A stretch of DNA of 64,000 bases from an uncultured Schleiferiaceae bacterium (GTDB taxonomy: Bacteria > Bacteroidota > Bacteroidia > Flavobacteriales > Schleiferiaceae), in assembly GCA_965661265.1 (NCBI GenBank), contig CBFIDE010000010.1:6357-70356 (forward strand), in the 5' to 3' direction. Shown here in pieces: positions 49,912-60,091 of the stretch. The notes below the pieces were generated by a model that ran no database searches, was not told where the DNA came from, and was given only the letters and a program-made list of their open reading frames with translations. A program made the translations under genes and the position numbers. Numbering within the stretch: the stretch's first letter is position 1; each line of letters begins with the position of its first letter.

Positions 49912-50529
49912 ATGCTTAAGAAGAATTTATTCACCGCCTTTACATTATTCTCAGCTGCTTTGTTTTTAAGTAGTTGTAGTAATGATAAAACAAACCCAGG
50001 ATGGGAGTATATGCCAGACATGTACAGAGGTCCTGCGGTAGAAGCTTATCAGCCATATGCTGGTTTTGCTGATAGCCTTAGTTCACTTAAGCCTGTTGAA
50101 GGTACGGTGTCTAGAAATTTTGTAACCTATGAGAAGTATGACAATACACCTGCAGGTTATGATTTGGCTAAAGCTGAAATGAAAGCTCCAATAAACTATT
50201 CAGATGCTAAGAACTTAGAGGAAGCTGCAAAGCTTTATGGAATCTATTGTGCGCAGTGTCATGGTAAGAAGGGAGACGGAAATGGAATCTTAGTAGAGAG
50301 AGAAAAGTTCTTAGGTGTACCTAACTATGCAGACAGAGAATTAACAGAAGGAAGCATATTCCATGTCATAACTTATGGAAAAGGAGTTATGGGTTCTCAT
50401 GCAGCACAAGTTTCCCCAGATGAACGTTGGCAAATAGCAGCTTATGTGCTGCAATTGCGTTCAGAGCTAACTGGTGAGCCAGTAGTAGCTGAAGCCACTG
50501 AAGAAGATAATAACAACCAAGAGGGATAA
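49912..50529 (+). CDS. actE: Alternative complex III subunit ActE, monohaem cytochrome c lipoprotein
   Basis: Has the lipobox LSSC and a single CAQCH haem motif with downstream GVMGSH. Confidence 0.85.
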   Translation: MLKKNLFTAFTLFSAALFLSSCSNDKTNPGWEYMPDMYRGPAVEAYQPYAGFADSLSSLKPVEGTVSRNFVTYEKYDNTPAGYDLAKAEMKAPINYSDAKNLEEAAKLYGIYCAQCHGKKGDGNGILVEREKFLGVPNYADRELTEGSIFHVITYGKGVMGSHAAQVSPDERWQIAAYVLQLRSELTGEPVVAEATEEDNNNQEG

Positions 50530-50549
50530 ATTCTTAATAGGAGAAGAAA

Positions 50550-51983
50550 ATGTTTGAATTTACCGGAAAATTAAAGACCCTTACTTACGTACTAATGCTA
50601 ATTGGAGCAATTTCAATTGGCGCTAGTTTTATGGGCGGAGACTCACATCATTCAGAGGGTGAGCACACAGAACATCATGATGCAGATCATCATGGAGAGG
50701 AAGGACATGATAGTCATGCAGCAGAGCATGGTCACGGAAATCCTGTTCATCCAGAACTGCATGAAGATAAAATTGAAACTTCTGATTTTACGTTCCACAA
50801 GACTGCTTCTAGAGCAAATCCTGAGAACAATCAGTTCTACCAAAGACAAGAAGAAGCTCATCACGATGCTGAGCACATTCATCATCAAGAAGTAAATAAG
50901 CCTTGGGCTAATTTATTGGTGAATAATTTCTTTTTCCTTGCGGTAGCTTTAGGAGCTCTATTCTTCTTTGCAATTCAATTTGCCGCGCAAGCAGCTTGGG
51001 CAATTGTAGTAACAAGAGTAATGGAAGCAATGACACAATTCTTAATTGTGCCAATGGCTATATTAATTTTCTTAGAAATTGCAGGTGTGATGCATTGGCA
51101 TCACTTATGGCACTGGATGGCTGAAGGAATTATGGATCCTGACTCCGAGCATTACGATAAAATCATTGCTGGAAAAGAAGCCTATTTAAACGCTCCATTC
51201 TTTATTGGTAGAACTATAGTTTACCTTATTGGATGGGTAGGTGGAGCTTTTCTTCTTAGAAGAATGTCTTTAAGAATGGAAACGATTGCTGATCCTGTTG
51301 CTTTATGGAAGAGAATGAGAAACCTATCTGCTGGATTCTTAGTATTCTTTGCAGTAACTAGTTCTATGAGTGCTTGGGATATCATTATGAGTATTGATAC
51401 TCACTGGTTCTCTACATTATTTGGATGGTATGTATTTGCTGGTATGTTCGTTACCTCTTTAACAATATTAACATTATTAGTTATCTTCTTAAAGTCTCAA
51501 GGCTATTTAGAAGATGTGAATCATTCGCATATACAGGATTTAGGTAAATTTATGTTCGCCTTTTCAGTATTCTGGACTTACTTATGGTTCTCTCAGTATA
51601 TGCTAATCTGGTATTCAAATATTCCAGAAGAGGTAACTTATTATATGGCTAGATTTGGAGATTATAAAGTACTATTCCTTTCTATGGTTGCAATGAACTT
51701 TATCTTCCCGGTATTGGTTCTAATGAGTAGAGACTCAAAGAGAAATAAAGGATTTGTCATTGCAGCAGGAATCGTTTTGATTATTGGACATTGGTTGGAT
51801 ATCTTTATCATGGTTATGCCAGGTACAGTGGGAGGTCAATGGAGTTTAAGCTTAGTACACCTTGGAACTTTCTTAGGTTTTGCAGGCTTATTCTTATTCG
51901 TAGTATTTAGATCTTTGGCTAAAGCTCCTTTAGCACCAACAAAGAATCCGATGTTTGTAGAGAGTCAACATTTTCACATTTAA
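50550..51983 (+). CDS. actF: Alternative complex III subunit ActF (second NrfD-like membrane subunit) with His-rich insert
   Basis: A polytopic protein in the last position of the act operon. A His/Glu/Asp-rich segment follows the first TM helix. Confidence 0.8.
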   Translation: MFEFTGKLKTLTYVLMLIGAISIGASFMGGDSHHSEGEHTEHHDADHHGEEGHDSHAAEHGHGNPVHPELHEDKIETSDFTFHKTASRANPENNQFYQRQEEAHHDAEHIHHQEVNKPWANLLVNNFFFLAVALGALFFFAIQFAAQAAWAIVVTRVMEAMTQFLIVPMAILIFLEIAGVMHWHHLWHWMAEGIMDPDSEHYDKIIAGKEAYLNAPFFIGRTIVYLIGWVGGAFLLRRMSLRMETIADPVALWKRMRNLSAGFLVFFAVTSSMSAWDIIMSIDTHWFSTLFGWYVFAGMFVTSLTILTLLVIFLKSQGYLEDVNHSHIQDLGKFMFAFSVFWTYLWFSQYMLIWYSNIPEEVTYYMARFGDYKVLFLSMVAMNFIFPVLVLMSRDSKRNKGFVIAAGIVLIIGHWLDIFIMVMPGTVGGQWSLSLVHLGTFLGFAGLFLFVVFRSLAKAPLAPTKNPMFVESQHFHI

Positions 51984-52001
51984 AAAACAGAATAGAGTAA
52001 T

Positions 52002-53033
52002 ATGAAAACTATTCTTTTAATTACAATTGCAGTATTAGGCCTAATCGCCTTAGTTCAGGCAATACGCGTATTCGAATTATCATCTAAGATAAAAGATGAT
52101 AATAGCGATATTGATGTAAACGATAAAGATAATCGCACACAAGGCTTACTATTATTAGGATTCTTATTCTTACTTCTGGGAAGTTTCTTTGTGATGCTTT
52201 TTGGATATGACAAATTAATTCTTCCTATTTCTGCATCTGAGCACGGAGTTGAGATAGACCAACTTTGGGATATCTCAATGGCAGTAATCATCTTTGCATT
52301 TTTATTAACGCAGCCTTTATTGTTCTACTTCTCTTATAAGTATCGCGGAAGTAAGAAAAGAAAAGCGGTTTATGTTGAGCATGATAATAAACTAGAGCTT
52401 ATTTGGACTGTTGTTCCTGCTGTAGTTTTAGCTGGATTAATTATTTACGGTCTTACTACTTGGATTGATATTACAAATCCTGAGAACGATGGTGAGGAGC
52501 CAATGGTAATAGAGATTTATGCAAAACAATTTGGCTGGAACGCTAGATATTCTGGTACAGATAATCAGTTAGGTTATGCCCACGTAAGATTAATAGAGGG
52601 CGCCAACGTACTGGGAGTTGATGTTAATGATGAAAATTCTTTTGATGACGTTATTACAAATGAACTTCACTTACCTGTTGGAAAGCCAGTGCTATTGAAG
52701 TTTAGAGCTCAGGATGTTATCCACTCTGCTTATATGCCTCACTTTAGAGTACAAATGAACTGCGTTCCTGGTACATCAACTCAGTTTAGATTCACACCTT
52801 CTGTAACCACTGCCGACATGAGAATGGAGAAAGACGTTATCGCTAAGGTGGAAAGTGTAAATGAAATTAGATTAGCTAAAGGCGAGGATCCTTGGGAGTT
52901 TGATTATGTACTTCTTTGTAATAAGATATGTGGTTCTGCCCACTATAATATGCAAATGAATATCGTAGTTGAAACTGAAGAGGAGTACGAGAAATGGATG
53001 AGTGAGCAAAAGACCTTTGCTGATAATTTATAA
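52002..53033 (+). CDS. coxB: Cytochrome c oxidase subunit II
   Basis: CuA ligands DVIHSAYMPHF and CNKICGSAHYNM are present. There is no C-terminal CxxCH domain. Confidence 0.9.
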   Translation: MKTILLITIAVLGLIALVQAIRVFELSSKIKDDNSDIDVNDKDNRTQGLLLLGFLFLLLGSFFVMLFGYDKLILPISASEHGVEIDQLWDISMAVIIFAFLLTQPLLFYFSYKYRGSKKRKAVYVEHDNKLELIWTVVPAVVLAGLIIYGLTTWIDITNPENDGEEPMVIEIYAKQFGWNARYSGTDNQLGYAHVRLIEGANVLGVDVNDENSFDDVITNELHLPVGKPVLLKFRAQDVIHSAYMPHFRVQMNCVPGTSTQFRFTPSVTTADMRMEKDVIAKVESVNEIRLAKGEDPWEFDYVLLCNKICGSAHYNMQMNIVVETEEEYEKWMSEQKTFADNL

Positions 53034-53062
53034 TAAAGACCAAGACTAAGAGAGAAGGAGAT

Positions 53063-54847
53063 ATGGCATCACAAGAAACTCACGCACACGACGAACACCA
53101 TCACCACGAGCAAAGCTTCATGGAGAAGTATGTGTTTAGTATGGACCATAAAATGATCGCTAAGCAATTTCTAATTACTGGTATGGTAATGGGAATTATT
53201 GGTGTAGGAATGTCTTTGTTATTCCGTCTACAACTTGCTTGGCCAGAGAAAGAATGGCCAATATTAGAAGCCCTTTTAGGAAAGTGGGGAGCTGATGGAA
53301 TTATGGACCCTAATATTTATTTGGCCCTAGTTACAATTCACGGTACTATTATGGTATTCTTTGTTTTAACAGCTGGATTATCAGGTACATTCTCAAATCT
53401 CTTAATTCCACTTCAAATTGGAGCAAGAGATATGGCCTCCGGATTTATCAATATGCTTTCATATTGGTTCTTCTTTGCCTCTAGTATTATTATGGTGGCT
53501 TCACTATTTGTTGAAAGTGGTCCTGCAGCTGCGGGTTGGACAATTTATCCTCCCTTAAGTGCTTTACCACAGGCTATTCCAGGATCTGGAATGGGTATGA
53601 CCCTTTGGTTAGTAAGTATGTCTTTATTCATTGTTTCTTCACTATTAGGAGCTCTGAATTATATCGTAACAGTATTGAACTTAAGAACAAAAGGAATGTC
53701 TATGACTAGACTTCCACTCACAATTTGGGCCTTCTTTGTAACGGCTATTTTAGGTGTTCTTTCTTTCCCAGTTCTTTTCTCTGCAGCCCTATTATTGATA
53801 TTTGACAGAAGCTTTGGAACTTCTTTCTACCTATCAGACATTATGGTAGCAGGAGAATTACTTACTAATACAGGTGGTAGCCCAATTTTATTCCAGCATT
53901 TATTCTGGTTCCTTGGACACCCTGAGGTATACATTATTTTATTACCTGCTTTGGGTATTACTTCAGAAGTAATTTCAACAAATGCTCGTAAGCCTATCTT
54001 TGGATACCGTGCAATGGTTGGATCTATCTTAGCGATTGCATTCTTATCCTTTATAGTTTGGGGACACCATATGTTTATAACCGGTATGAACCCATTTTTG
54101 GGATCCGTATTTACATTTACAACCCTCCTAATTGCGATACCATCTGCTGTAAAGGCATTTAACTATATCACTACTCTATGGAAAGGTAACCTAAGGTTTA
54201 CACCTGCAATGCTTTTCTCTATTGGTTTAGTTTCAACCTTTATTACTGGTGGATTAACTGGACTTATTTTAGGTGATAGTGCATTAGATATTAATGTACA
54301 CGATACTTATTTCGTAGTAGCTCACTTCCATATTGTAATGGGGCTTAGCGCGATTTTTGGTCTGTTTGCGGGTGTGTATCACTGGTTCCCTAAATTATTT
54401 GGTAGAAGGATGAATAAGAACCTTGGTTACATTCACTTCTGGATAACTTTCATTTGTGCTTATGGAGTATTCTTTCCTATGCACTGGTTAGGTATGGCAG
54501 GTTTACCAAGAAGATATTATACCAATACTGCTTTCCCAATGTTTGATGACTTAGCTGACTTAAATGTTTTAATTTCAGTCTTTGCTCTTGTTGGTGGAAC
54601 TGCTCAAGTAGTATTCATTTTCAATTTCTTCTACGGTGCTTTAAGAGGTAAGAAGTCTACTGAAAATCCATGGAGATCTAATACTTTAGAGTGGACAACT
54701 CCGGTAGAACATATTCACGGTAACTGGCCTGGAGAGATTCCAGAAGTTCACAGATGGGCTTATGACTACTCAAAGCCAGGAAAGGATGAGGATTTTGTTC
54801 CTCAAAATGTTCCTTTGACACCTGATGAAGTTGACACAGCTCATTAA
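53063..54847 (+). CDS. ctaD: Cytochrome c oxidase subunit I
   Basis: Carries WFLGHPEVYIL, VWGHHMF and VVAHFHIV haem/CuB ligand motifs. Confidence 0.97.
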   Translation: MASQETHAHDEHHHHEQSFMEKYVFSMDHKMIAKQFLITGMVMGIIGVGMSLLFRLQLAWPEKEWPILEALLGKWGADGIMDPNIYLALVTIHGTIMVFFVLTAGLSGTFSNLLIPLQIGARDMASGFINMLSYWFFFASSIIMVASLFVESGPAAAGWTIYPPLSALPQAIPGSGMGMTLWLVSMSLFIVSSLLGALNYIVTVLNLRTKGMSMTRLPLTIWAFFVTAILGVLSFPVLFSAALLLIFDRSFGTSFYLSDIMVAGELLTNTGGSPILFQHLFWFLGHPEVYIILLPALGITSEVISTNARKPIFGYRAMVGSILAIAFLSFIVWGHHMFITGMNPFLGSVFTFTTLLIAIPSAVKAFNYITTLWKGNLRFTPAMLFSIGLVSTFITGGLTGLILGDSALDINVHDTYFVVAHFHIVMGLSAIFGLFAGVYHWFPKLFGRRMNKNLGYIHFWITFICAYGVFFPMHWLGMAGLPRRYYTNTAFPMFDDLADLNVLISVFALVGGTAQVVFIFNFFYGALRGKKSTENPWRSNTLEWTTPVEHIHGNWPGEIPEVHRWAYDYSKPGKDEDFVPQNVPLTPDEVDTAH

Positions 54848-54854
54848 ATATTTA

Positions 54855-54879
54855 AGGCCTCACATTGTGAGGCCTTTTT
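54855..54879 (+). terminator. Rho-independent terminator after ctaD
   Basis: aggcctcac-att-gtgaggcct-tttt lies 8 nt after the ctaD stop. Confidence 0.8.
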
Positions 54880-54977
54880 ATTTCTAAGAGTATCCTCCAT
54901 CAATCTGTGTATAAACATTTTGTTTCAGAGCAGCCGTTGATTAATTTTCGAGGATAAAGTCTTTATCTTTACCAACT

Positions 54978-56009
54978 ATGAGTGAAATGGACCGCTTACT
55001 AGATGGAGAGCCTGAAGGACTCTCTTCTGAAGAGCTAGATATTGAAAAAAAATTAAGGCCCCTAAGTTTTGATGACTTTGCGGGTCAAGAGAAAGTCTTG
55101 GACAATCTTAAGATTTTTGTGGAGGCTGCAAACCAAAGAGAGGAGGCCTTGGACCATGTTCTTCTTCATGGACCTCCAGGCTTAGGTAAAACTACATTGG
55201 CGCATGTGTTGGCAAATGAACTAGGGAGTAATATTAAAATTACCTCCGGTCCTGTTATTGACAAGCCAGGTGATCTTGCAGGATTGCTTACAAACCTGGA
55301 AGAGAGAGATGTTCTCTTTATAGATGAAATTCACAGATTAAGTCCCATTGTAGAAGAATATCTTTATTCTGCGATGGAAGATTATAGAATTGATATAATG
55401 ATAGAAAGTGGGCCTAGCGCTCGCAGTGTACAGATCAATTTAAATCCTTTCACACTTATTGGAGCTACTACAAGGTCTGGTCTTTTAACGGCTCCTTTAA
55501 GAGCAAGATTTGGAATCAATAGTAGACTACAATATTATTCAACAGAACTTCTATCCACAATTGTAGAAAGATCATCTACTATTCTCAATGTACCAATCCA
55601 TGAAAATGCTGCTGTTGAAATAGCAAGAAGAAGTAGAGGAACACCCAGAATAGCAAATGCCCTTCTGAGAAGAATGAGAGACTTTGCTCAGGTTAAAGGA
55701 GAGGGTGTGATTACCTTAGAAATTGCTAAATACGGTTTGAAGGCGTTAAATGTAGATGAATACGGACTAGATGAAATGGACAATAGACTTCTCACAAGCT
55801 TGATTGATAAATTTAAAGGAGGCCCTGTTGGGATGACCACATTGGCCACTGCTGTCGGAGAGCAAGCAGCCACTTTAGAAGAAGTATACGAACCCTTTTT
55901 GATTCAAGAAGGTTTTATTGCAAGAACTCAAAGAGGAAGGGTAGCCACAGATAAGGCGTACCACCATTTAAACCGAGATAAACCTCAACAACAAGGTGGG
56001 CTTTTCTGA
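54978..56009 (+). CDS. ruvB: Holliday junction branch migration helicase RuvB
   Basis: Carries Walker [20 protein letters not shown] and [12 protein letters not shown]. Confidence 0.97.
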   Translation: MSEMDRLLDGEPEGLSSEELDIEKKLRPLSFDDFAGQEKVLDNLKIFVEAANQREEALDHVLLHGPPGLGKTTLAHVLANELGSNIKITSGPVIDKPGDLAGLLTNLEERDVLFIDEIHRLSPIVEEYLYSAMEDYRIDIMIESGPSARSVQINLNPFTLIGATTRSGLLTAPLRARFGINSRLQYYSTELLSTIVERSSTILNVPIHENAAVEIARRSRGTPRIANALLRRMRDFAQVKGEGVITLEIAKYGLKALNVDEYGLDEMDNRLLTSLIDKFKGGPVGMTTLATAVGEQAATLEEVYEPFLIQEGFIARTQRGRVATDKAYHHLNRDKPQQQGGLF

Positions 56010-56931
56010 AATAAATAAAGCTAACTACTCTAAGTTGATCAAGGCAAAGGCATCAGATCTTGGTTTTATGGCTTGCGGTATTTCAAAGGCTGATTTCCTA
56101 GAGAAAGAAGCTCCATTATTGGAACAATGGCTGAGTAGCAAATACCATGGAGAAATGTCGTGGATGGAGAATCACTTTGATAAGAGATTAGATCCAAGAA
56201 AACTTTTTGATGGCGCAAAGTCAGTTGTATCAGTTATTCTTAATTATTACCCTTCTGAAGTCCAAAAGGATCAAGAGGCACCTAAAGTCTCAAAGTATGC
56301 ATATGGACTAGATTATCATCATGTACTAAAAGATAAGCTTAAAGAGCTTTTAAATCATATTCAAGAGGAGATTGGAGAGGTAGCAGGACGTGCTTTTGTA
56401 GATTCTGCTCCAGTAATGGATAGAGCTTGGGCTGAAAAGTCTGGAATAGGATGGGTGGGTAAGCATAGCTTACTTTTAAATAAGGAAAGCGGAAGTTTCT
56501 TTTTTATTGGTGAACTTATTTTGGATTTAGATCTAGAATATGATTTGAGCACAAAGGATTATTGCGGCAGCTGCACTAAATGTATAGATTCATGCCCAAC
56601 TCAGGCAATAGTTCAAGATAAGGTAGTTGATGGATCAAAGTGTATTAGCTATTTGACTATTGAGTTAAAAGATCAAATACCCTTGGAGTTCAATAATAAA
56701 ATGGAAAATTGGGCCTTTGGCTGTGATATTTGCCAAGATGTTTGTCCATGGAACAGATTTTCTAAGCCTCATCAAGTACCAGAGTTTAATCCGCATCCTG
56801 ATCTTTTAGGAATGACTAAAAAGGAGTGGAATGAAATAACAGAGGAAGTGTTTCAGGTGCTATTTAAAAAATCGGCTGTAAAGCGGACAAAATTTAAAGG
56901 TCTAAAAAGAAATTTAAACTTTTTAAATTAA
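55996..56931 (+). CDS. queG: tRNA epoxyqueuosine(34) reductase
   Basis: Two 4Fe-4S motifs are present: [12 protein letters not shown] and CDICQDVCP. It overlaps the ruvB 3' end by 14 nt. Confidence 0.9.
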   Translation: MGFSEINKANYSKLIKAKASDLGFMACGISKADFLEKEAPLLEQWLSSKYHGEMSWMENHFDKRLDPRKLFDGAKSVVSVILNYYPSEVQKDQEAPKVSKYAYGLDYHHVLKDKLKELLNHIQEEIGEVAGRAFVDSAPVMDRAWAEKSGIGWVGKHSLLLNKESGSFFFIGELILDLDLEYDLSTKDYCGSCTKCIDSCPTQAIVQDKVVDGSKCISYLTIELKDQIPLEFNNKMENWAFGCDICQDVCPWNRFSKPHQVPEFNPHPDLLGMTKKEWNEITEEVFQVLFKKSAVKRTKFKGLKRNLNFLN

Positions 56932-57545
56932 TCAAAGGTATAGAGCAATGCCGTGCTCAGCGTGAGGTTTCTTTGTCCAGCTTTTCCAATTCTAGCAAAA
57001 AGGAATTGAGAACCTGTGGGAGCAGAGCCTTCACGAGTAGGTGTGATGCTATAGTTCGTTCGGAAATCCAAAGACCAATTTTCATTAAAGTGATAAGAAA
57101 CTCCGATAATCCCAGTAAGATTAAAAGTGTAGAATTCAGGAAAGATGACTCTTGGGCCAGAAATATCCTCTTCTGAAGCACTGACTAAAATGTCTAAGGC
57201 AGGACCTCCAAAATAACTCAGTTGCTTATTTCTAAAATAAAATAAAAGAGGAATTTCGATATAATTCAACCTCAGCTTATAGAAATTAGAGGTGTCACTA
57301 TTAGGCTCTCTGGAACCTTTCATGATAAAAGCCAATTCACCTTGCAGCCTTAATTTATCTTTTAGATTCCAATCAGTATAGGCTCCAAAGTGAAAGCCAG
57401 TCAAATCAAACCCTCCAAGATTGTCACCATCCACTTGGTTAGAGGTTAAGCCACCATAGATGCCGCCACCAAAACCTTGCGCTTGAGAATAAATCGCTGT
57501 AAAGGAAAAAAAAAGAATTAAAACAGACTGCTTAAAGTATAGCAT
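56928..57545 (-). CDS. Small outer-membrane beta-barrel (porin/OmpA-like barrel family)
   Basis: A signal peptide ending AQG, alternating beta-strand pattern, and an aromatic C-terminus LLYTFD. Confidence 0.6.
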   Translation of the reverse strand: MLYFKQSVLILFFSFTAIYSQAQGFGGGIYGGLTSNQVDGDNLGGFDLTGFHFGAYTDWNLKDKLRLQGELAFIMKGSREPNSDTSNFYKLRLNYIEIPLLFYFRNKQLSYFGGPALDILVSASEEDISGPRVIFPEFYTFNLTGIIGVSYHFNENWSLDFRTNYSITPTREGSAPTGSQFLFARIGKAGQRNLTLSTALLYTFD

Positions 57546-58371
57546 GCCCTACTTGTACTATTTCATAAGTAGCTCTATCATAAATAATGACAATTGCTGA
57601 AACATTGCTTAGCACCCATTTTGGGTCAATTGTTAGAGAATAAGACTCTCTTTCAATTTGATCTTTAGCTAATCCCCCTCCAACAAACGGAGCGCCAAAT
57701 GCTTGGCCTCCAAAACTAGCACGGAGAACATGGTTGTGAACATAAGCAGTATCTACTTTTCCGGAGGGTTTAGTTTGGGGTGCTACTATACCACTTTCTG
57801 TTAAATATACTATTGAGTATAAATCAACATTTGCAGTGTCTTTAACAGGTCTTGCTGCTAGTTCAAACTCCAATTCAGTGCTATCTAAACTTAAACTTAA
57901 GCTCGTAACTAACTCTAGGAATGTAGGTTTCTCTAATCTTGATTTTACCGTATCCTCCCATGAGCTTATCGCGATGTTATTTACTTTACCTGCTGGATAG
58001 CCAGCTCTGTCAAACATTCCTGCTGGATAGCCAATTGGATCAAAAAAATTATCTAGATCAGCTCCTTCAGAAGTTCTAAAGTCTTGTGGGTGCTTACTAT
58101 CAGGAACAGCAAAATTTCCAGAGTGTATTGCGATAGAAATAACGCGGCCCGGGAAAAGATCTTCAATTCTTCTAAGTTCCTCAGCTGCAATAGGACAATT
58201 GAGGCATTTTGATCCTGTAAACTCTTCCATTAATACAACTCTATTGGTGGAATCTGGTAATTCTCCAAAACCAAATTCATTTTTAAGTCTGTCATCTGGT
58301 TCAATAACATCACATGCCGCGCCCATGCTCAAAATGAGCAGAAAACTAAAAATATTAAATAATGATTTCAT
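57532..58371 (-). CDS. Omp28-related outer-membrane lipoprotein with CxxC motif
   Basis: Has the lipobox LSMGAAC and EEFTGSKCLNCP. It shares IHSGNFA, GYPAG and HNHVLR with the N-terminal domain of 61608..63605. Confidence 0.7.
   Translation of the reverse strand: MKSLFNIFSFLLILSMGAACDVIEPDDRLKNEFGFGELPDSTNRVVLMEEFTGSKCLNCPIAAEELRRIEDLFPGRVISIAIHSGNFAVPDSKHPQDFRTSEGADLDNFFDPIGYPAGMFDRAGYPAGKVNNIAISSWEDTVKSRLEKPTFLELVTSLSLSLDSTELEFELAARPVKDTANVDLYSIVYLTESGIVAPQTKPSGKVDTAYVHNHVLRASFGGQAFGAPFVGGGLAKDQIERESYSLTIDPKWVLSNVSAIVIIYDRATYEIVQVGHAIL
57989..58033. repeat. 15-nt perfect direct repeat spaced 30 nt apart inside the Omp28-like gene
   Basis: cctgctggatagcca occurs at 57989-58003 and 58019-58033. 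On the minus strand it encodes the doubled GYPAG in GYPAGMFDRAGYPAGKV. Confidence 0.85.
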
Positions 58372-58374
58372 GAT

Positions 58375-60081
58375 CTAAAAATTACTTGTTAAGCTAACGG
58401 AAAACCCATTTGATGCCGGCACAGTTCTACATATACCACCAACGCAAAAGACCCCTTCTTGTTGTCTTCCATATCCCATTGCCAAACGGCTTGTCCCTAG
58501 AGTGTATCCAAAATTAAAGCTATAATAATGTACCCTTAGCTCCTCAACAGGATTTCCATAATTATAGGCATCCTGAACAGCAAAGAACCAATTTGGAGCA
58601 ACGCTATATTCCAAAAGAATCATTGCCCAATCCCCTCTATCCTGTTGAGTGAGTAAAGTTTGGAATTCACCTCTAAGGCTATGGCTTTTCTTGATTTTCC
58701 AGAGAACTTCTAGAACAGCTGCATTCACCTTTACAATCTCAGGCTCTAGATTATTGCTTTCAAGCTCATAATCATTCACTCCTTTTAATAAAGCACTGCT
58801 ATTGTAGATAAAGTTGAAGTAGGAGAAAGTAGTCTTAACTTTCTTATTCAATTTTTTCTTGATTTCAACATGAAAATCTTGGAAATACTGATAAGGACCA
58901 ATTCCAAATGAACTAGTATAACCTTCTGAGCCTTCAAAGGATTCACCAATTACTGTTGTATCAATGGGGCTGTAAACATCTCTTAATTCATAATCTTTAT
59001 CTAAGCTATAGGAGTTTGTAAAAGAAACGGTGGCTTTCATACCATACTTTCCTCCAATTGGAGTTTTTCTTTTAAAGTTATAGGCCAGTTCCAACATGAT
59101 ACCTGTTTCTCCATTTGGTTGAGTAGCAAAAGAGTAAAGAGCAGGCAACGCATAAGTGTGTACAGTAGTAAGAGAAGGTAAGAAGTTTAAGGTAAGCTGA
59201 GTGATTTCAGGAATCTCTCTTTGGGATCTCAAATCAAAATTATCATATCTCTTATATCCAGCGCTAGCACTAAGATTGTTTTTACCGTAAGTGGCGCTTA
59301 TATAAATGGCAGAACCATTTTTATAAATGTAATTGTTCAAGGCATTAGGATCATTAGCTTTTAAACCAAACTCTCCGAAAATATTAAAATCGCCCGTAAT
59401 CAGATTTGTTCTAACGGCACCAACAGCAACGTTATCCGGAAGATTTATAGTAGGGTCGTTGGCCTCTTCATATTTGCTTACTAAAGATCCACCAAGAATA
59501 AAGTTAGTCTGACCTTCCCAATCAAAGGTTTGCCCAAAATTTAACTCACCGTCTAAGCCTCTAATGACACTATTGCTTTTTTCAAAGAACACTCTTTGTC
59601 TTCCTACTAACGCTTTGAGGTTTACACCCGATGTTGGACTATAGGCTATTCTTATACCATCAAGGTTGTTATCAATCCCTAGGTTTGGCTCTTGATAAGT
59701 TCTTAATGTAAGTCCAGAACCAAACTGATCATAAAAATTTCCTACGGTGATATCATAGTTGTCACGAGCGAATCGAGCGTATCTATAGGTGATACCTTCT
59801 CCTATATAACCTTCGGGTAAGCCAATTCTTTGATTTTGATAATTCTCATACCTTAAACCTGCAGAGAAATCACCAGCAGAATAGTTTAAATTTAAAAAGC
59901 CTGTAGCCAATATTCTTTCTTTTGGAAAGGCATCACCGGTTGGATCAATAAGTGAATCTCTTAGATAGTAAGCGGCATCCATCTGGAAATTTCCGCTTAT
60001 TTGTCCAAAGTTTGGGTTGTTTTGAGCTTTGAGGCTAAAGAATGATAATCCTAAAAAGGATAAAGTTAATAGGTATTTCAA
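58375..60081 (-). CDS. DUF6029-type large outer-membrane beta-barrel protein
   Basis: A signal peptide ending KAQ, 568 aa rich in Gly/Tyr/Asn beta-strand pattern, and the C-terminus SLTSNF. The family name is recalled from Bacteroidota annotations. Confidence 0.6.
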   Translation of the reverse strand: MKYLLTLSFLGLSFFSLKAQNNPNFGQISGNFQMDAAYYLRDSLIDPTGDAFPKERILATGFLNLNYSAGDFSAGLRYENYQNQRIGLPEGYIGEGITYRYARFARDNYDITVGNFYDQFGSGLTLRTYQEPNLGIDNNLDGIRIAYSPTSGVNLKALVGRQRVFFEKSNSVIRGLDGELNFGQTFDWEGQTNFILGGSLVSKYEEANDPTINLPDNVAVGAVRTNLITGDFNIFGEFGLKANDPNALNNYIYKNGSAIYISATYGKNNLSASAGYKRYDNFDLRSQREIPEITQLTLNFLPSLTTVHTYALPALYSFATQPNGETGIMLELAYNFKRKTPIGGKYGMKATVSFTNSYSLDKDYELRDVYSPIDTTVIGESFEGSEGYTSSFGIGPYQYFQDFHVEIKKKLNKKVKTTFSYFNFIYNSSALLKGVNDYELESNNLEPEIVKVNAAVLEVLWKIKKSHSLRGEFQTLLTQQDRGDWAMILLEYSVAPNWFFAVQDAYNYGNPVEELRVHYYSFNFGYTLGTSRLAMGYGRQQEGVFCVGGICRTVPASNGFSVSLTSNF

Positions 60082-60091
60082 GGGTATTCGT

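Noticed and set aside
50602-50895. ORFs 50602..50895 (+) and 50652..50888 (-) overlapping the start of actF
   Set aside because: Both coincide exactly with the CAT/CAC/GAA/GAT-rich His/acidic tract. That tract is stop-poor in all frames, so these ORFs are an artefact of codon composition.
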